Origin: the human T2T-CHM13v2.0 reference genome, Homo sapiens
Length of the DNA stretch: 64,000 bases
Direction: 5' to 3' (one strand)
Assembly: GCF_009914755.1 (NCBI RefSeq)
Contig: NC_060934.1
The notes under the pieces were generated by a model, which was given only the letters and a program-made list of their open reading frames with translations, did no database searches and was not told where the DNA came from. The position numbers and the translations under genes are program-made. Numbering within the stretch: position 1 is the first letter of the stretch; every line of letters begins with the position of its first letter. This document shows, piece by piece, positions 14,109-29,374 of the stretch.

Positions 14109-14885
14109 GTTGTTTTAAATTTGATTATTTTATGTTATTACTAGCATTTATAGTTATTTTCAGTGGAAGCATCAATCTGAATAACCTACCCATCACTGCT
14201 GGAAACAGAGACCTCTACCCTTTCTAGATTCCTGTGAATCATTAACATCTCCTATCATACCTTACCAGACCTGTGTCGCTGTCATAAAAGGAGTACTTTT
14301 TAAACATGAACTCTAGTCAGATAGCTAGTCAAAAATCTTTGATTTAATCCTTTTTCCCTAGGATGTGCTACAGTGTGGAGTGGGGAGTGCTCACCTTGTC
14401 TTGGTGGTCTCTTCCTATGCAGACATCCTTAGAGATGTGCATTGTCCTGTCCAATCCTTAGTGTTGGTCCAATTTCAAGTGCGTTCTTGTCTGAAAGGCC
14501 CCTTCAATTTAAACAACTCTCCTTACTTCTTTCATGCTCTCCTGGGTACCCTGAGGCCGTTTTGTTGCTCCAGCACAACTCTGAGGTCGTGGGGTATGAA
14601 TTTGGTGGGACTAGTTAAGGTCCTTGACATGTCCCCACTACTCCCAGGAGTGTAGGAACTAGGTTCCTACTTTGCTGTGACCATGCAGGGACTTGGAGGA
14701 GCTCTGGGGGCTGCTGAAACCCACCCTCTTTTCCTCTGAGATCAGAAGCACATCCAATGCCCTCTGCTTTCAGAGCCCCCAGGGCTATTTGGCCTCCCTC
14801 TTCCCCAAGCTCAGCACCAGGGGCAGGACACTACTCCCTGTTTCAGACTCAGACTGGTACCCAAGCTTGCTTTGCTTCTCTTTTA

Positions 14886-15320
<435 letters not shown>

Positions 15321-16501
15321 AATAAATTGGTGCACAAGATGAAAATATTTTTTCTCTGTACAAAAGAGCCACTGTATTAAAACTTGAAATATAAGTTGCC
15401 TCTGATGACACGTGGTGTATAAAATGGATTCCATCAGTTGACTGATGTGACTTCCTTTAAAATCTTATCAGCATCCCTTTCTGCATTTCAAATTTACTAC
15501 TGAAGTTGATTTTGCTGTAATTGATATTGTGCAAGCACGACTGTAATATAAACATGACAAACTCAATCTGTATACCATCAAATATTAACTTTTGGCAATA
15601 AATGCATATAGCCTGTGACAATAAAGATTTTTTAAAACAGTTACATAAATATATTATGTCAAATGCTGCATCATTCATAGTGATAATTTCTCTGCTAGTC
15701 AATATTTGGTTTAAATGTCTAGTTAACACCTGCTTTATGTTTTATTATTGATTTATTATGAAAAGTATTGATTTTTATCCACCAAGCATCTATATCCAGT
15801 CTCATACCACAATTACTTTTTTAAAACAATTTTATGTTGGGTGTGTGCTTTTAAAGACATTTGTAGACTTTATGGATTTAAACTACCTGGAAGAAAATCC
15901 GAGATTCTATCCCTATAAACTTTATTCTTCTACACCCTCCTCCAGTCATTATTAATTTATGAATAATTCATGCCTTCCCAATTTCCAGCAAAGTAAGCAA
16001 CTCAAGCATTAGTGATGATTTTATTTTCATACATTTGCTAGTGTTAAAAACCTGAATTAACTTTTTGGCCCTCTGCTGGGGGTCCCATGTGTATTACTTT
16101 GTTTCCTTAAGCTCTCTAAAATCCTTTCCTTTTTCAGTTCCTGTCAAAATCCTCACGTATATATTTGTTTACCTCACTCACTCAACAATATTTATTGAAT
16201 GACCAAACCAGGATCTCTATTTGTCATAATTAACAATAGCTACCAAAGCCTTATATTCTTTAATTATAGTTTTTAGTCTATTCACTGTCTTTAAGTCTAT
16301 TCTAAACACAGCATTTGCCTTTTCTAATTGAAGCACTCCACCCGCACCTTTATATTATCAACGTTCTGCCCAGTAAGTCTTGCAGTGGCCTTGAGCTAAA
16401 AGCAATAAAATTCCCAATTGACTTTTCTTACATTTCCTCATTCATTTTTCTACTAAGTTGAACATTATTTACTCTATATTAAGGCTGTCTCTACTTTAAA
16501 A

Positions 16502-16502
<1 letters not shown>

Positions 16503-16536
<34 letters not shown>
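16503..16536. repeat. (TG)17 microsatellite
   Basis: Direct count. Confidence 0.95.
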
Positions 16537-16539
<3 letters not shown>

Positions 16540-18422
16540 AAAAATAATTCTAGTATTTTACTTCTGGAAGGAAAATTAGGAGGTCACCTTTAAGCTCTTT
16601 ATATGACAGTTGATATACAGCGTTAAGAGCTGTGCCAGGATCTATGGCCATTCTTTGGCTTGACTGGGTGGGGATACTTCCACTAAGCTAGAACTCTGAT
16701 CACCCTACCACACGCTTACCACTTCTCTCTTTATCACGTGCTCTTTGAAAGTGACCCTGCCTATTTTCTACAGCTTTATTTCCTCTTTCATTCAACAAGA
16801 AATATTTTCCATAAACAAAACTTCCTCCCAGTTGGTTTATTACATTCTGACTTAGCTTTAGCATTTTGTTGTGGCATTCTGGGGACAGAAAATACAGACC
16901 AAAAAGCAGTATTTGAAAGATGTAACTTGACCGTTTTGAAATATTTTTGATTGGCCGGACTGTTTCTCTTTAGAAAATTCAACCCTTTCCCACCTCACTC
17001 AGTCTTCCTTAAACCTTCTCAAGTGGTTTAATTGTTTTATTAAAAAAAGGGATGCCATTGATTAGATAGCATGCAATGCAGAAAAAGTTGTATTTGGTAA
17101 AGGCTGGACCAAGTTCAGTTATACGCCAAAGCCTCAGTTCAGTTTTACCTCTAAATCTATCCATTTCCATTGCTTCCTCAGTTCGCAAAGTACTATGAAG
17201 TCGATTACAGTAACCATGTGTGGTCTTCCCAGGACCTAAATTGCTGACTCCCAATAGAGAGTGTTTTCCTAAAGTATATGAGTAATTATGGCTCTTGGGC
17301 CATTGGGTCACTAGTACAACAATGTTTTGAGTAGTTACTAAAAAATAACCAAATCATAACTAAAATAATTTTTCATTTGACCTTTAAGTTAGCCAACAGA
17401 ATAAGAAGACATCAAATAAAGCCTAGACATTAAAATTCCGATTGTGGAATGTGCGTTATTTATCTGAAGTTTCTTTTTTTAGAGCATGTGTTGTTAGAAA
17501 ATTCCTACTCTGTTGTATTCTGTTCATTGCCACGATTTATTGAGCACTGACCTGTAGGTTAACTCATTGACTCTTCACCATCTCGCGAAGCAAGTTTGTG
17601 AATAAATAGTCCAAAGGGAACTCATTTAACTGAAATGGGTCTTTAAAGAGTTACCCAAAGGAGAAGTTAGAATCTTATTAGCTTCTCTGTAGTTAATAAG
17701 ATGTTTATTTCATAGAGGCAATGACACTTCATGCCATGTAGCCAACACAGCTAGATTAGGTAACTAGTAATGTATTACTGCTTCATTTGTAAAATATTCT
17801 GGCAGCTGTCTACTGCTAGTATCTCAAGATAATAATAATGAATTCTATTGAGAAGCATTCCCCAGCACTTTTATTAAAAAAGAGTAAGTGGCATAAATTG
17901 GCAAATACATGTTACCCTCACTATCACACGCATTTCTTTCTTTATGGTAACATAAGGTGAATAATTGGAAAATAAATTTTATTTGTTCTCAGACTCAACC
18001 TGTATGGGTAATAGTTTTTATTGCCTAGCCTTACGGCTATGTCAGTATTCAGCAAACGTGAACAGAATAATTTGTTTCCACTAGCTGCAATACTTGAACC
18101 AAGTTGTAATATTAATATGATTTGTAGATAATAAAAAAGAAAGTAGAACACCAGTGCATTTTTCACATAAAAATTTGACCCAGTTCAAGGTCGACGCTTA
18201 AGGATGTTGTCAACCGATCAATGAGGAGTGCCTAGAAATCATGGGATTGTAAAAGGTATGTTCCTTGGTGTTTGGAAGAAAAATTAGGGAGCGTTGTCTC
18301 CTTCTAACACATAGGTAAGGGAAGTCCAAGTTTTTCAGCAATCCTGGGCTAGTGTTTCAGCGATAGGTACTAGGAAGGTTCATATTCCCATTCTCAGGAG
18401 ATGATTGCATAAAAAGATGGAG

Positions 18423-18447
18423 CACACACACACACACACACACACAC
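18423..18447. repeat. (CA)12 microsatellite
   Basis: Direct count. Confidence 0.95.
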
Positions 18448-20590
18448 TCATGCTGAGGAGAGCAGCATTGGCTGGGTGTATTTCAGGGGATGAAATTGAA
18501 GTCTTTTACTGGAGAGGAGCTGCATTATTTAAATAAAAAGAATCATGGTGACTGCATAGAAGTTGAATCACAGAATTTGTGTCTTCACAGTGGGATACAA
18601 AATTCTGTCTAAAGGATGTGTTGTCTCTGCACAGTTAGTCACATTTAGGGAATGGAAAAATCTGGGTCATCAAAAATACCCAGTTTCTTCCATTTTCTTC
18701 TCAGTGTTGAGGCTGTGACTCAAAAAGTCTCTTACACATCACACTGTGTTATTAATCCTTGTTGTCATAATAACATCCCTTGGGATTCAGGAAGGCACCT
18801 TGTGTACCCAACAGGGTTCCCCAAATAGAAGAAGGGAACAAGCATTTATCCAGGGACTATCCATACAGTATCCCATCTCATCCTCACAATAACCTATGAA
18901 GTAGTTCTTATCCCTGCTTTACAGTAGGGAACTCTGAGCTTGTAGAGACTAAGTAACTTGCCTCAGGATGCATAACCCTAAGTGGCAGAGCTGGAACACA
19001 AGTGCCATGTTTTCAATCATTCTTTTTTTTTTCTTCAGTTAAAATAACATATAATGGATACTATGACTGTGAGAATGCAAAAGGATCTTTTGATTATTTA
19101 AACATGCATTTTAATTTTGTCTTTGCAGACTAAAAGGATGATGCAGGCACTTTGAAAGGGATTTCCTTAGGGGCTTTTTGTAATGTTGTGTAATCTTTAG
19201 AAGATGTAGATTTTAGCAAATGCTGTTAAAAGGCAATAAATGTTAGTTTGGATGAGGCTCTGTGGCCAGTTTTAGGAACAGTAGTCTTTGGAATTGAACC
19301 CAACATTTCACCTTAAGAATACAAGGCTTCAGTGTTCTAGTGGGTGAATGCATACACTCAAGAATAAGTGATTTTAGAAATAATTGCAGTGACTTACACA
19401 TAACTCTACACCCAGCCTTGTCCATTATGTGAGTGCTGCACAGTCGAGCATTCATGAGTTACAAGTTCCCAAAGCCCCACAGGCTATGGGCCTGTTCTCT
19501 GGATGTACTAGAGGTTTCATCAGCATTTCCATTGCTCAGCACAGAATGTTAATATTTCGTGGTTCAGGGAGATTGTTTTATATACACAGCCTAATAACCA
19601 GAACCAATTGAGAAAAAAATATAAAGAAAATACAGATAGGTAGCAAAGTACAGCCTACAGTGGAACACCAACAGGGCTAGTGTTAGGAGGGGCAGCTGAG
19701 ACCTGGGTTGAACACTGTAATTGTGTGGCTTTGAGCATCTTCTGATTGAAGTTACACATTTCAGGAGACTCAATTTTATGCACGTGGTATTGCCATAAGG
19801 GTAATTGCTACCTCCCTGTATTATAGCGGAGTTCCTCTGGGCATGCATAATACCTTTCTTTCATCATGCTCATCAAGACTTATTCATACTTTGTTATCAA
19901 TTATCCTAGTAGCTCTACATATTAGGTAGTTACAAGTATTACAAATCATAGATTAGGCCACTAACATAAAGAAATGAGGTAAATTCCCTGCAGTCTTCTT
20001 GTGGGGCCATGTAACAGTAGAGACCACTTGAGTTTGCCAAGTTTGGTGGCCAAGTCCCATGTTTTGTCTGAGAACAGACAGAGGCTCAGGGATATTGGGA
20101 TGATATTTGGTATGAAGGGTTTCTTATTTGGACTGCACCAAGTTAACTGTGTGCTGTGAAACATTATATGGCTTCATTTTCATTGGGAGAACTAGTGATA
20201 TAAATGATGTAACGTGAACTAAGTGATTTAGCTAATTACACATATTTTTGGATGCTTCTAAAAAACTAATATGTGATCCTTGGAGTAGAGGAAGTTGTAC
20301 ATTCAAGGTTTTCTACCCTTTTTGTGTGTGTTTATTTTAATGAGGACAATGGGAACTACACCATTTCTTTCCTGTTAGTTCATCCTGGATTACCTTTTTA
20401 TATCCATTAAACATAGAAATTCTGAAGCCATGTCTGCCTACATGTCATCCTGATTGCCTTTGTGTATAATTGCAGATCAAATGTAGAAGCAGTGACTACT
20501 TAAAAAAAAAGTTGTTATAGACCAAGGCTTGAGGAAAGAGAAAGGTACAGTGACAATGAGATATCTTGGGGGAAATTTGGTCCTGTAGAC

Positions 20591-20907
20591 CAGGGGTTAG
20601 CAAATCATATCCTGTGGGCCAAACCACAGTCACCTGCCTGTTTTGGTAGGCCTATAAGCTAGGAATGGTTTTTACATTTTTTTAAAAGACTGATGGGGAG
20701 AAGTGAAAGGAAAAATTATATTTTGTGTTATGACAAGTATATGAAATTAAAATTTTAGTGTCTATAAATAAAGCTTTCGAAACGTACCATGCTTATTCGT
20801 TTACACATTGTGGCTTCTTTTACAGCAAGGATGGGTATTTCTGTGTGGCCTGAAAGGCTGAGAATGTGTACTGTCTGATCCTTTAAGAAAAATTTGCCAC
20901 CTCCTGT
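20591..20907. mobile_element. MER58-like hAT element
   Basis: Termini caggggttagcaaat ... atttgccacctcctg form imperfect TIRs; internal agctaggaatggtttttacatttt. Confidence 0.75.
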
Positions 20908-21174
20908 TATATATAGTGGGGGCCAGTGTTCAGTTGGAAGATGCTTAGGCCCATGGCCTGTCAGCGTGTAACTCTATGTGTCTGAATTCAGAGAGCTGAG
21001 TACTAGCTGTACTTCATGAGCCCCATTGAATTGTGTTTGTTGTATTGTCATTGTTTTGTTAAAACATTATTTTTTTAAAGTTCTGTGGAACACTAGTGTG
21101 TCTACTGTAATGATATTATTCAGATTATTTATTAATTAGAACATTCCCTTTATAAATATCTCTGGAATTTTCTT

Positions 21175-21307
21175 TGTTTTTGTTTTTGTAGAGATGGGTC
21201 TCCCTATGTTGCCCAGGCTGGTCTTGTACTCCTGGCCTCAAGCGATCCTCCCACCTTGCCCTCCTAAAGTGCTGGGGATTGCAGGTGTGAGCCACTGTGC
21301 CAGCCTG
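21175..21307 (-). mobile_element. FLAM / Alu left monomer
   Basis: Single antisense monomer. Confidence 0.85.
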
Positions 21308-21394
21308 GGATTTTCTTCATATTCTCTTTATAAAAATTCATAGAGAGACATTTCTGTCTAGTTTTACTACCAGAAGGGTTATATTTTTCTTAGC

Positions 21395-21449
21395 TGTGTG
21401 TGTGTTTGTGTGTGTATGTATTCATGTGTGTGTGTGTGTGTGTGTGTGT
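21395..21449. repeat. Interrupted (TG)n microsatellite
   Basis: Direct. Confidence 0.9.
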
Positions 21450-21998
21450 CTAATTCCTTTGCGAATTTTGGGACCATCCAGGTTTTCCCCCTCAAGATGC
21501 CTGCCAGAAAGCTCAGAAGTGAATTTTTGGCTTACTTTTTTTTTTTTTTTTTTTTTTTTTGCACCAGCTTTATGCTTGGTACCACTTCGTTTTATGCCCC
21601 TGGGTTGTTCTTTCCTTTTTCTTGTCCACTTCTGATTCATGAGTTTTTGCTATGCTTTATGAATCTTCTAAGTCACTGAATACTTTTAGGAACTCTACAG
21701 AACATTAAAATATAAAATTAATAGTAAGACATATCTGAATTTTTGTTCTAGAAGGTCCCAGAGCTCTCCTTTACCATTCTACCTCAGAGAGCCCTTTTCC
21801 TTCTGCATGTTATCTTGGGACTGTCCAGGGCTCTATGCCTGCAGGGCCTAGAGCCAGTCCATGAAGTGCTCATTGAGTGCTTTGTGGTCTAATGTTCTAC
21901 CCTTCCTGCAAGCTTACAAATCAACCCCTTCAAGACTGATAAAGACAGAGCAGAGGTTCTTTAGTATCTAGAGTCCCCAGAAGTCAGGAAGGTTGTGA

Positions 21999-22310
<312 letters not shown>

Positions 22311-23881
22311 AGTAATTTTTTTTTTATAACTTGTAACAGAAATTTGGCATTTTCTTCAATTATGAAGACAGGCAACAAACCACAGCAATATTAGCAATAC
22401 TTGTGACTATGTCACCAGTAGAAACCACAGATACTTTAATATCAGATTATATCGTTGCAGATATTGCAAAATATCTGTGCTTTTTATAACTAGAAAATTA
22501 AGATCTATAAAAAGATCTATAAAAGAGTTATAAAAATACTTCAAAATTAAGATTATAACTGTCTACCTAGACAGATAGTTCTTGTTATTTAATACATTGC
22601 TAAAGAAGCATATTTATTACCGTGCTATAATTTTTAAAAAGCATTTTGTTACCGTAATTCTTTTTCTTTTATTGGCAATCCTTTGTGTTTTATGCATTTA
22701 AAAACACTTTTCTGAGAGGGGATCCATAGGCGACCATAGGGGTTTTTGACTCCAAAAAGGGTAAGAAACCTCCATGCATGGGTGTGCCCACATGCATGTA
22801 TGCACACACAGACACAGATACACAATTTTTACATATGGTTTCAAGGAGTTACAGACTCCTCTTACAAGACCCATATCTAGGAACTGCAGTTTAAGATCTT
22901 ATGCCCTGTTGGCTAAAATTCAAAATAGCAGGCCCTAAGAGGGACGGCCTTTATTTTGTCTTTTTAAAACACTATTCAAATGAATCTTTTCTAGTAATGA
23001 CTTACAACACCCTCTTAGTCATAGCATTAGCACTGGCTGTTATCATTTAGTATTACCTCTTTCTTCTATAAAACAAGGAATGTGTATGTAGTTATGAAAT
23101 CATTCTCTTGGTTTATACCATATCAACTAGATATTTGTCAGTGAAAAATTGAAAATCTACCTCTTCACCCTCTTTGAATTGTAGTTTGCATTAAAAAGAT
23201 TCGCATATTTGAATTTTCAAAACTTGGTATGTGTGTATTTTGTAAGTTTGGAATTGGATAAAAATTACAAATATTATAATAAGTTAATGACATAATCCCT
23301 TTTGTATTCTTCTGTGTCTTGAGTGGTTTTGTTGCTGTAAGTCAAGCACATTTATTATTCATGTATAGGGGGGCCAAGTTTCATCTGAGAATGTAATTTC
23401 ATGCTAATAGGTTGCGTTGTAAGTCCCTGGTTAGGATTTACTTATACCTGCATGGGTTTTATGCTTCCCTGTGTTCCATTCATTACGCTGCTATTCTGAA
23501 TGCATCTCCTAATTTAGTGAGATCTGAGAGCCACCTTAGAGATTACGTAGTCCAGTTTTTCTCCACCCTGCTAAGCTTCACAAAATATTGATGCCTGGAC
23601 CTCACTCCTAGTGAATATGATTGAATGGATCTGTGTTGGGGAATGGAGGCAGTCTTCAAAAACTGGCTACAAGGTTTCTTGGTTCAGCCAGGCTTGAGAA
23701 CCTCAGCCTAGCCTAATTCCTTCCCCATGCAAATGAAAGCATTGTAACATGCCTGAGGGCCACCGGCTCAGATGAGTTTTCTCTACTTCAGAAAGCTATT
23801 TTCCCTTTCCACATTTCTTTTTTTTTTTTTTTTTTTTTTAATGTAAAGCCATTTCCCAGCCAGTGCAGTCTTCTGTGGTCA

Positions 23882-23931
23882 CTACATTCCTCATGGAATA
23901 TTTAAAATTAAATATTCCATGAGGAATGTAG
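23882..23931. repeat. Perfect inverted repeat, 24-bp arms with 2-nt spacer
   Basis: ctacattcctcatggaatatttaa-aa-ttaaatattccatgaggaatgtag. Confidence 0.97.
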
Positions 23932-24570
23932 CTGGAACGTTTAAAAGCTTACTATCCTTGTCCTGTTTTACCGTTACCTAATGGGAAGACAGCTTTCTGG
24001 AAAAACCTGAAGACCATTCTTTCTTAGTGAGCTGTTCTTGACGGTGGTGACTTTATCTTTGGAAATTTGCCCGATTCCCATATCACAATTAAGGAAGTGG
24101 CTTAAGAAAGTAGCTTGTAATTCTCTAGAGTGTAAGTCTCCAGATCTCACTGTTGAACTTTGTATGTTCCAGTAGGACTAAATCTAAAATAATTTCCTTG
24201 TCACATTTGATAGACATGAGTATTAGGGACCCACATTGGAAGAACCCTCCAAAAACGGACCTGTCTTTCCTTTGTGAGTTTTCAGTGTAATTCTAGCATT
24301 TCTGGGAGAAATATGTAAGTACCTCAAGGGCAGAAATCCTGCCCACTTAAATGTTTCATAATTATCACCTAAAACTTAGAATGGATCAAATTAACTAATT
24401 AGCTTTGTACCTTTTCAACACAAGCTAATAGATTGCCTGACTTCGTTTATCTGATCATGAATTTTGATCAACTTTATCTCATTAGGTTTAAAAATTAATA
24501 TGTTGCGTTATATAGCACTTATCTTTACAGAGATTATTCATCTTCAATGCAATAAATAAAAGAAAAGCCA

Positions 24571-25084
<514 letters not shown>

Positions 25085-25971
25085 CTAAGCTTTAAAAGAT
25101 TGGATGACTCAAGCCAATGGCAATTCTTTTTTTCTGATTTACAGTTGTGTTTTTTTAAAGATGGCAACTTTGTTTTACTTTCTTCTTCCTTCTATATTAT
25201 TTTGAAGTGAATTTGACTGCAAATATTTTGAAAAATATATGCCCCTATGTATTGAATCTAAAAAGCAATTACAATTTGTCCTTTTCCTCTAATTCTCCTA
25301 TGCAACTATCAGAATGGAAAATAAATTTCAGGATACTTTTGGATCAAAAATGACAGAAATCAAATTGCTTGACATCTAGTAACCAGAGTGGACATGAAAG
25401 AGGAGTCAATTCTACAGCAAGCCCTGTAACCAGCTCCGTGCAGGAGAAACATGGAGAATTAAGACAATCACCTCCCTCTAAGAAGCTTTGTGTGCTTTTC
25501 CCAGATCTTCATTTTCATAGGCAGTATGATTTCAAAATGTTGTCCAGTAAAAACTCTTTATCAAGTTATAACTGGAAAGCTACCCACTATCTCTTTATAT
25601 AATGACAGCATCCACTATGTAAGATTTATATTACATGCATGCGTGTGGAATGTACTTTGAACCACTCTCTAACTATGATCATAGGTCAGTACCTGCCAGA
25701 GAATGGAGATTTTTAAAAATTGTGATCACAGATTTGAGAATATAATCTTTTTAAAAAAGATATGCTTAGCCTTGTAAATAAAGATAAGCATTTTAAGAAT
25801 TTATTTTATAAAGAAAAGGTTTGATGGAGCAAAGATTTAAGCATTGAGAAACCCATAGACCTACAAGAAAAAAACATGAATCTTATATAATCACAGAATG
25901 GGGAAGACCACTTCTAAGTATAATACACATTCAGATACTATAAATTTTTTTGAATATAAAAACTTTTTTTT

Positions 25972-27430
25972 CCCAGAAATAAATCTGCATCTTTATAGCC
26001 AACTGATTTTCTACAAAGGCGCCAAGACTATACACTGGGGAAAGGATACCCTCTTCAATAAATGGTGCTGGGAAAATTGACGATCCATACACAGAAGATT
26101 GAAACTGGACCCCTGTCTCTCACCATATACAAAAATCAACCGAAGATGGATTAAAGATGTGAATATAAGACCCCAAACTTTAAAACTACTAGAAGAAAAC
26201 ACAGGGAAAACACTTCAAGATATTGGTCTAGGCAAATATTTTATGGTTAAGACCTTAAAAGCATAGACACCTAAAACGAAAATAGACAAATTGAACTATA
26301 TTAAACTAAAAAGCTTCTGCACAACAAAGGAAACAATCAACAGCATGAAGAGGCAACCTGTTGAATGAGAGAAAATATTGCATACTATCTTCTGACAAGG
26401 GACTAATATCCAGACTATATCAGAAACCCAGCAGCGTAAAAAAAAAATTCCATTAAAAAGTGGGCAAAGGACATGAATAGACAATTCTCAAAAGAAGACA
26501 TGTAAATGGCCAACAGATATGTGAAAAAATGCTCCACATCACTAATTGTCAGGAAAATTCAAATCAAAACCATGAGATATTACCTCACCTCATGTAGAAG
26601 GGCTAATATGTAAAAAGACAAAAAAAAAGTAATACTGGTGAGGATGTGGAAAAAAGGGAATTCATACACTGTTGGTGGGAATGTAAATTAGTAAAGCCAC
26701 TGTGGAAAACAAATGGAGATTTCTCAAAAAACTAAAAACAGAACTATGATACAGTCCATCAGTTCCACTACGGGTATCTATTCAAAGGAAAAGCAATCAG
26801 TATATCAAAGAGATACCTACATTTACATGTTTATTGTAGCACTATTCACAATAGGAAAGACATGGAATAAACCCAGGTGTCCATCAACAGGCAAATGGAT
26901 AAAGAAAATGTGGTATATGTTTACAATGGAATACTATTCAGCCATAAAAAAGAATGAAATCATGTCATTTGCAGCAACATGGATGCAACTGGAGATCATT
27001 ATATTAAATGATATAATCCAGGCACAGAAGGACAAACATTGCGTGTTTTCACTCATATGCAGAAGCTAGAAAACTTGATATCATCAAGGTAGAGAGTAGA
27101 ATGATACATACTAGAGGCCGGGAAAATTGGTTAGGGTGGGGAGATGAACAAAGATAGGTTAACAGGTACAGATACAATTAGATAAAAGTTATAATAAGTT
27201 CTATCGTTCTACAGCAGAGCAGAGTGACTATAGTTAGCAACAATGTATTGTATATTTCAAAGTAGCTGGAAGTGAGGACTGGAATTGTTCTCAACACATA
27301 AAAATAATAAATGCACAAAGTGATAGACTCTTCAAATACCCTGACTTAATCATTACACATTCTATGCATGTAACAAACTACCACATGCACCCTGTAAGTA
27401 TGTAAAATATAATATATCAATAAAAAGCCA
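25972..27430 (+). mobile_element. 5'-truncated L1 (L1MA-like): degraded ORF2 3' end plus 3' UTR, nested in an older L1 fragment
   Basis: LFNKWCWEN and WIKKMWY...MEYYSAIKKNEIMSFAATWM ORF2 remnants with stops and frameshifts; ends in caataaaaa. Confidence 0.93.
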
Positions 27431-27590
27431 AATATTTTAAAAATTACATGCCAATTTTTTTTATGTGTGTTAAAACAAAAGTCAAAAGACAAGCGAAAAC
27501 CTAGGGGATAATTTGTAACTCATAGGAGACATAGGACTGTTTTCCAAAATATATAGAACTCCTATAAATCAATATTTTTAAAAATCAGCA

Positions 27591-27890
27591 GGTCTGACAC
27601 AGTGGCTCATGTCTGTAATCCCGGCACTTCAGGAGGCTGAGACAGGTAGATTGCTTGAGTCCAGGGGTTCGAGACCAGCCTGGGCAACATGACAAAACCC
27701 CATCTCTACAAAAAATACAAAAATTAGCCAGGTATGGTGGTGCGTGCCTGTAGTCCCAGGTACTTGGGAGGCTGAGGTGGGAGTATCGCTTGAGACTCGA
27801 AGGTCAAGGCTGCAGTGAGCCACCATGATCGTGCCACTGCGCTCCAGCCTGAGCAACAGTGAGAACCTATCTCAAAAAAAAAAAAAAAAA
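27591..27890 (+). mobile_element. Alu (AluJ-like)
   Basis: Dimer with A tail. Confidence 0.92.
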
Positions 27891-28429
27891 GTCACTCTCA
27901 TCACAGTCTCCACTGTTGTAATGGTCCACTGTCTGCAAGGACAAGTTATTGATCAGGAGGATTTCCAACCAAGAGCGAGAACCCAAACAAATTAGCACAA
28001 CTCATCTTCTGCTTCTGTAACAAACAAGTTGTCCAGTTGTCACTTTGGGCACTAAAGAGGGACTTACTCTCAGATTTGGGAACTAGACCCGTTACTATTT
28101 TCTTTAGCACTGGAGGGAGCCTTCCTTTATTTGGTCTCACTCTAAGTTGGTTTCACACTGAAGTCAATTTTAAGTCTGTGCTTTGCAAGTATGAATTGAA
28201 AATGGTGGTGTGGGGTGCTTTCTTGGCTTTGGCACCTGGATAACAAAGTTCCCCAGGAACAAGCTTTCATTCATCAATGGAATACACTGGATTTCTGTCT
28301 TACAGTTCAGGGTGGGCCAGAAGGAGCCATGGTGGGTCTGTAGAGGGATGAATTAGCATCCTGTTAGAAAGGTGCTGGGTCCCTCCTCAGTCACTTTGAA
28401 TGCTCCCTGTTTTTGCAGCAGTCATGACC

Positions 28430-28830
28430 CATATTTTTAAACTTTTAAAGTATAAAGTCCATACAGAAAAATATATAAATTTTCAGTGTGCTACTCAATG
28501 AATTTGTGTGATGGTATTTCAGGTAGTATTCTGTTTTCTAATCTGTGTACTGGAACACACTTTCATAACTGGCACACAGATTAGGAAACAGAATACTACC
28601 TGAATCCCACAAATGCCTTCCAGTCACTACCTCCTTCTCCTCGGTAACCATCCTGACTAATCTTGCCGGTTTTTGAGCTTTTAGAAATGGAATTCTACGT
28701 TATACAATCTTTTGTGTTTGGTTTCTTTTGCTCCGAGATGTATTTGTGAGAGTCATTCATATTGTTTGTGTGCAATTGGAATTTGTTCATTCTCACTGCT
28801 ATATAGTGTATTCCACTGCTGGAATAATTA
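28430..28830 (-). mobile_element. Old L1M 3'-end fragment
   Basis: Antisense L1 3'UTR-type text (aaatggaattctac...cttttgtg...cattcatattg). Confidence 0.6.
28518..28604. repeat. Inverted repeat, 31-bp arms (one G-T mismatch) with 25-nt spacer
   Basis: ttcaggtagtattctgttttctaatctgtgt / acacagattaggaaacagaatactacctgaa. Confidence 0.95.
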
Positions 28831-28833
28831 AAT

Positions 28834-29037
28834 ATGTGTTTCTCAACTGGGGGTGATTTTGCCCTTTGAGGGACATTGAGCAATGTCTGGAGATCTTTTT
28901 CTAGTTGTTACAACTCACAGTAAGGGAAGCGGGTGTTGCTGCTATTATCCTACAATGCACAGGACCACAGGACAGCCCTCCAACACAAAGAATTCTCAGG
29001 TTCAAGACATCAATAGTGCCAAGGTTGAGAAACCCTG
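28834..29037. mobile_element. MER20 (hAT-Charlie)
   Basis: tttctcaactgggggtgattttgccc...caatgtctggaga...caatagtgccaaggttgagaaaccctg. Confidence 0.85.
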
Positions 29038-29374
29038 CTGTACATAGCGTTGGATCGTGTGAATATACCACCATTTATTTCTCTGTGTATTTCTTAGAGC
29101 CTCAACTTGAGCATTCATGAGCATAATGCAGCTCAGCCCTGGCTTTGAAGTTCTTGAAACCATGCTTACCACCATCAGAATAAAAAGACTATCAAACAGG
29201 AGGAGTTTTAAATGTTTACAATAACTGTTAGAGTCAAAATACACTGTCATGTATAGCCTTGGTCATAGACAAAAATTGTACATTTTGGAACTACTACAAG
29301 AATTTGAAGAGGTTTTAAGTGAGAAAGTGAAATGGGCTAAGTCAAGGTTTTCATCAAAGAATGAAAAGACTTTT

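Noticed and set aside
22500-22523. Small tandem duplications (aagatctataaa x2; also gatacataattaga x2 near 43576-43608 and agtttctatt x2 near 55382-55412)
   Set aside because: Ordinary slippage products with no sign of function
26713-27069. 118-aa ORF resembling a real protein
   Set aside because: C-terminal remnant of L1 ORF2 in a truncated, frameshifted L1
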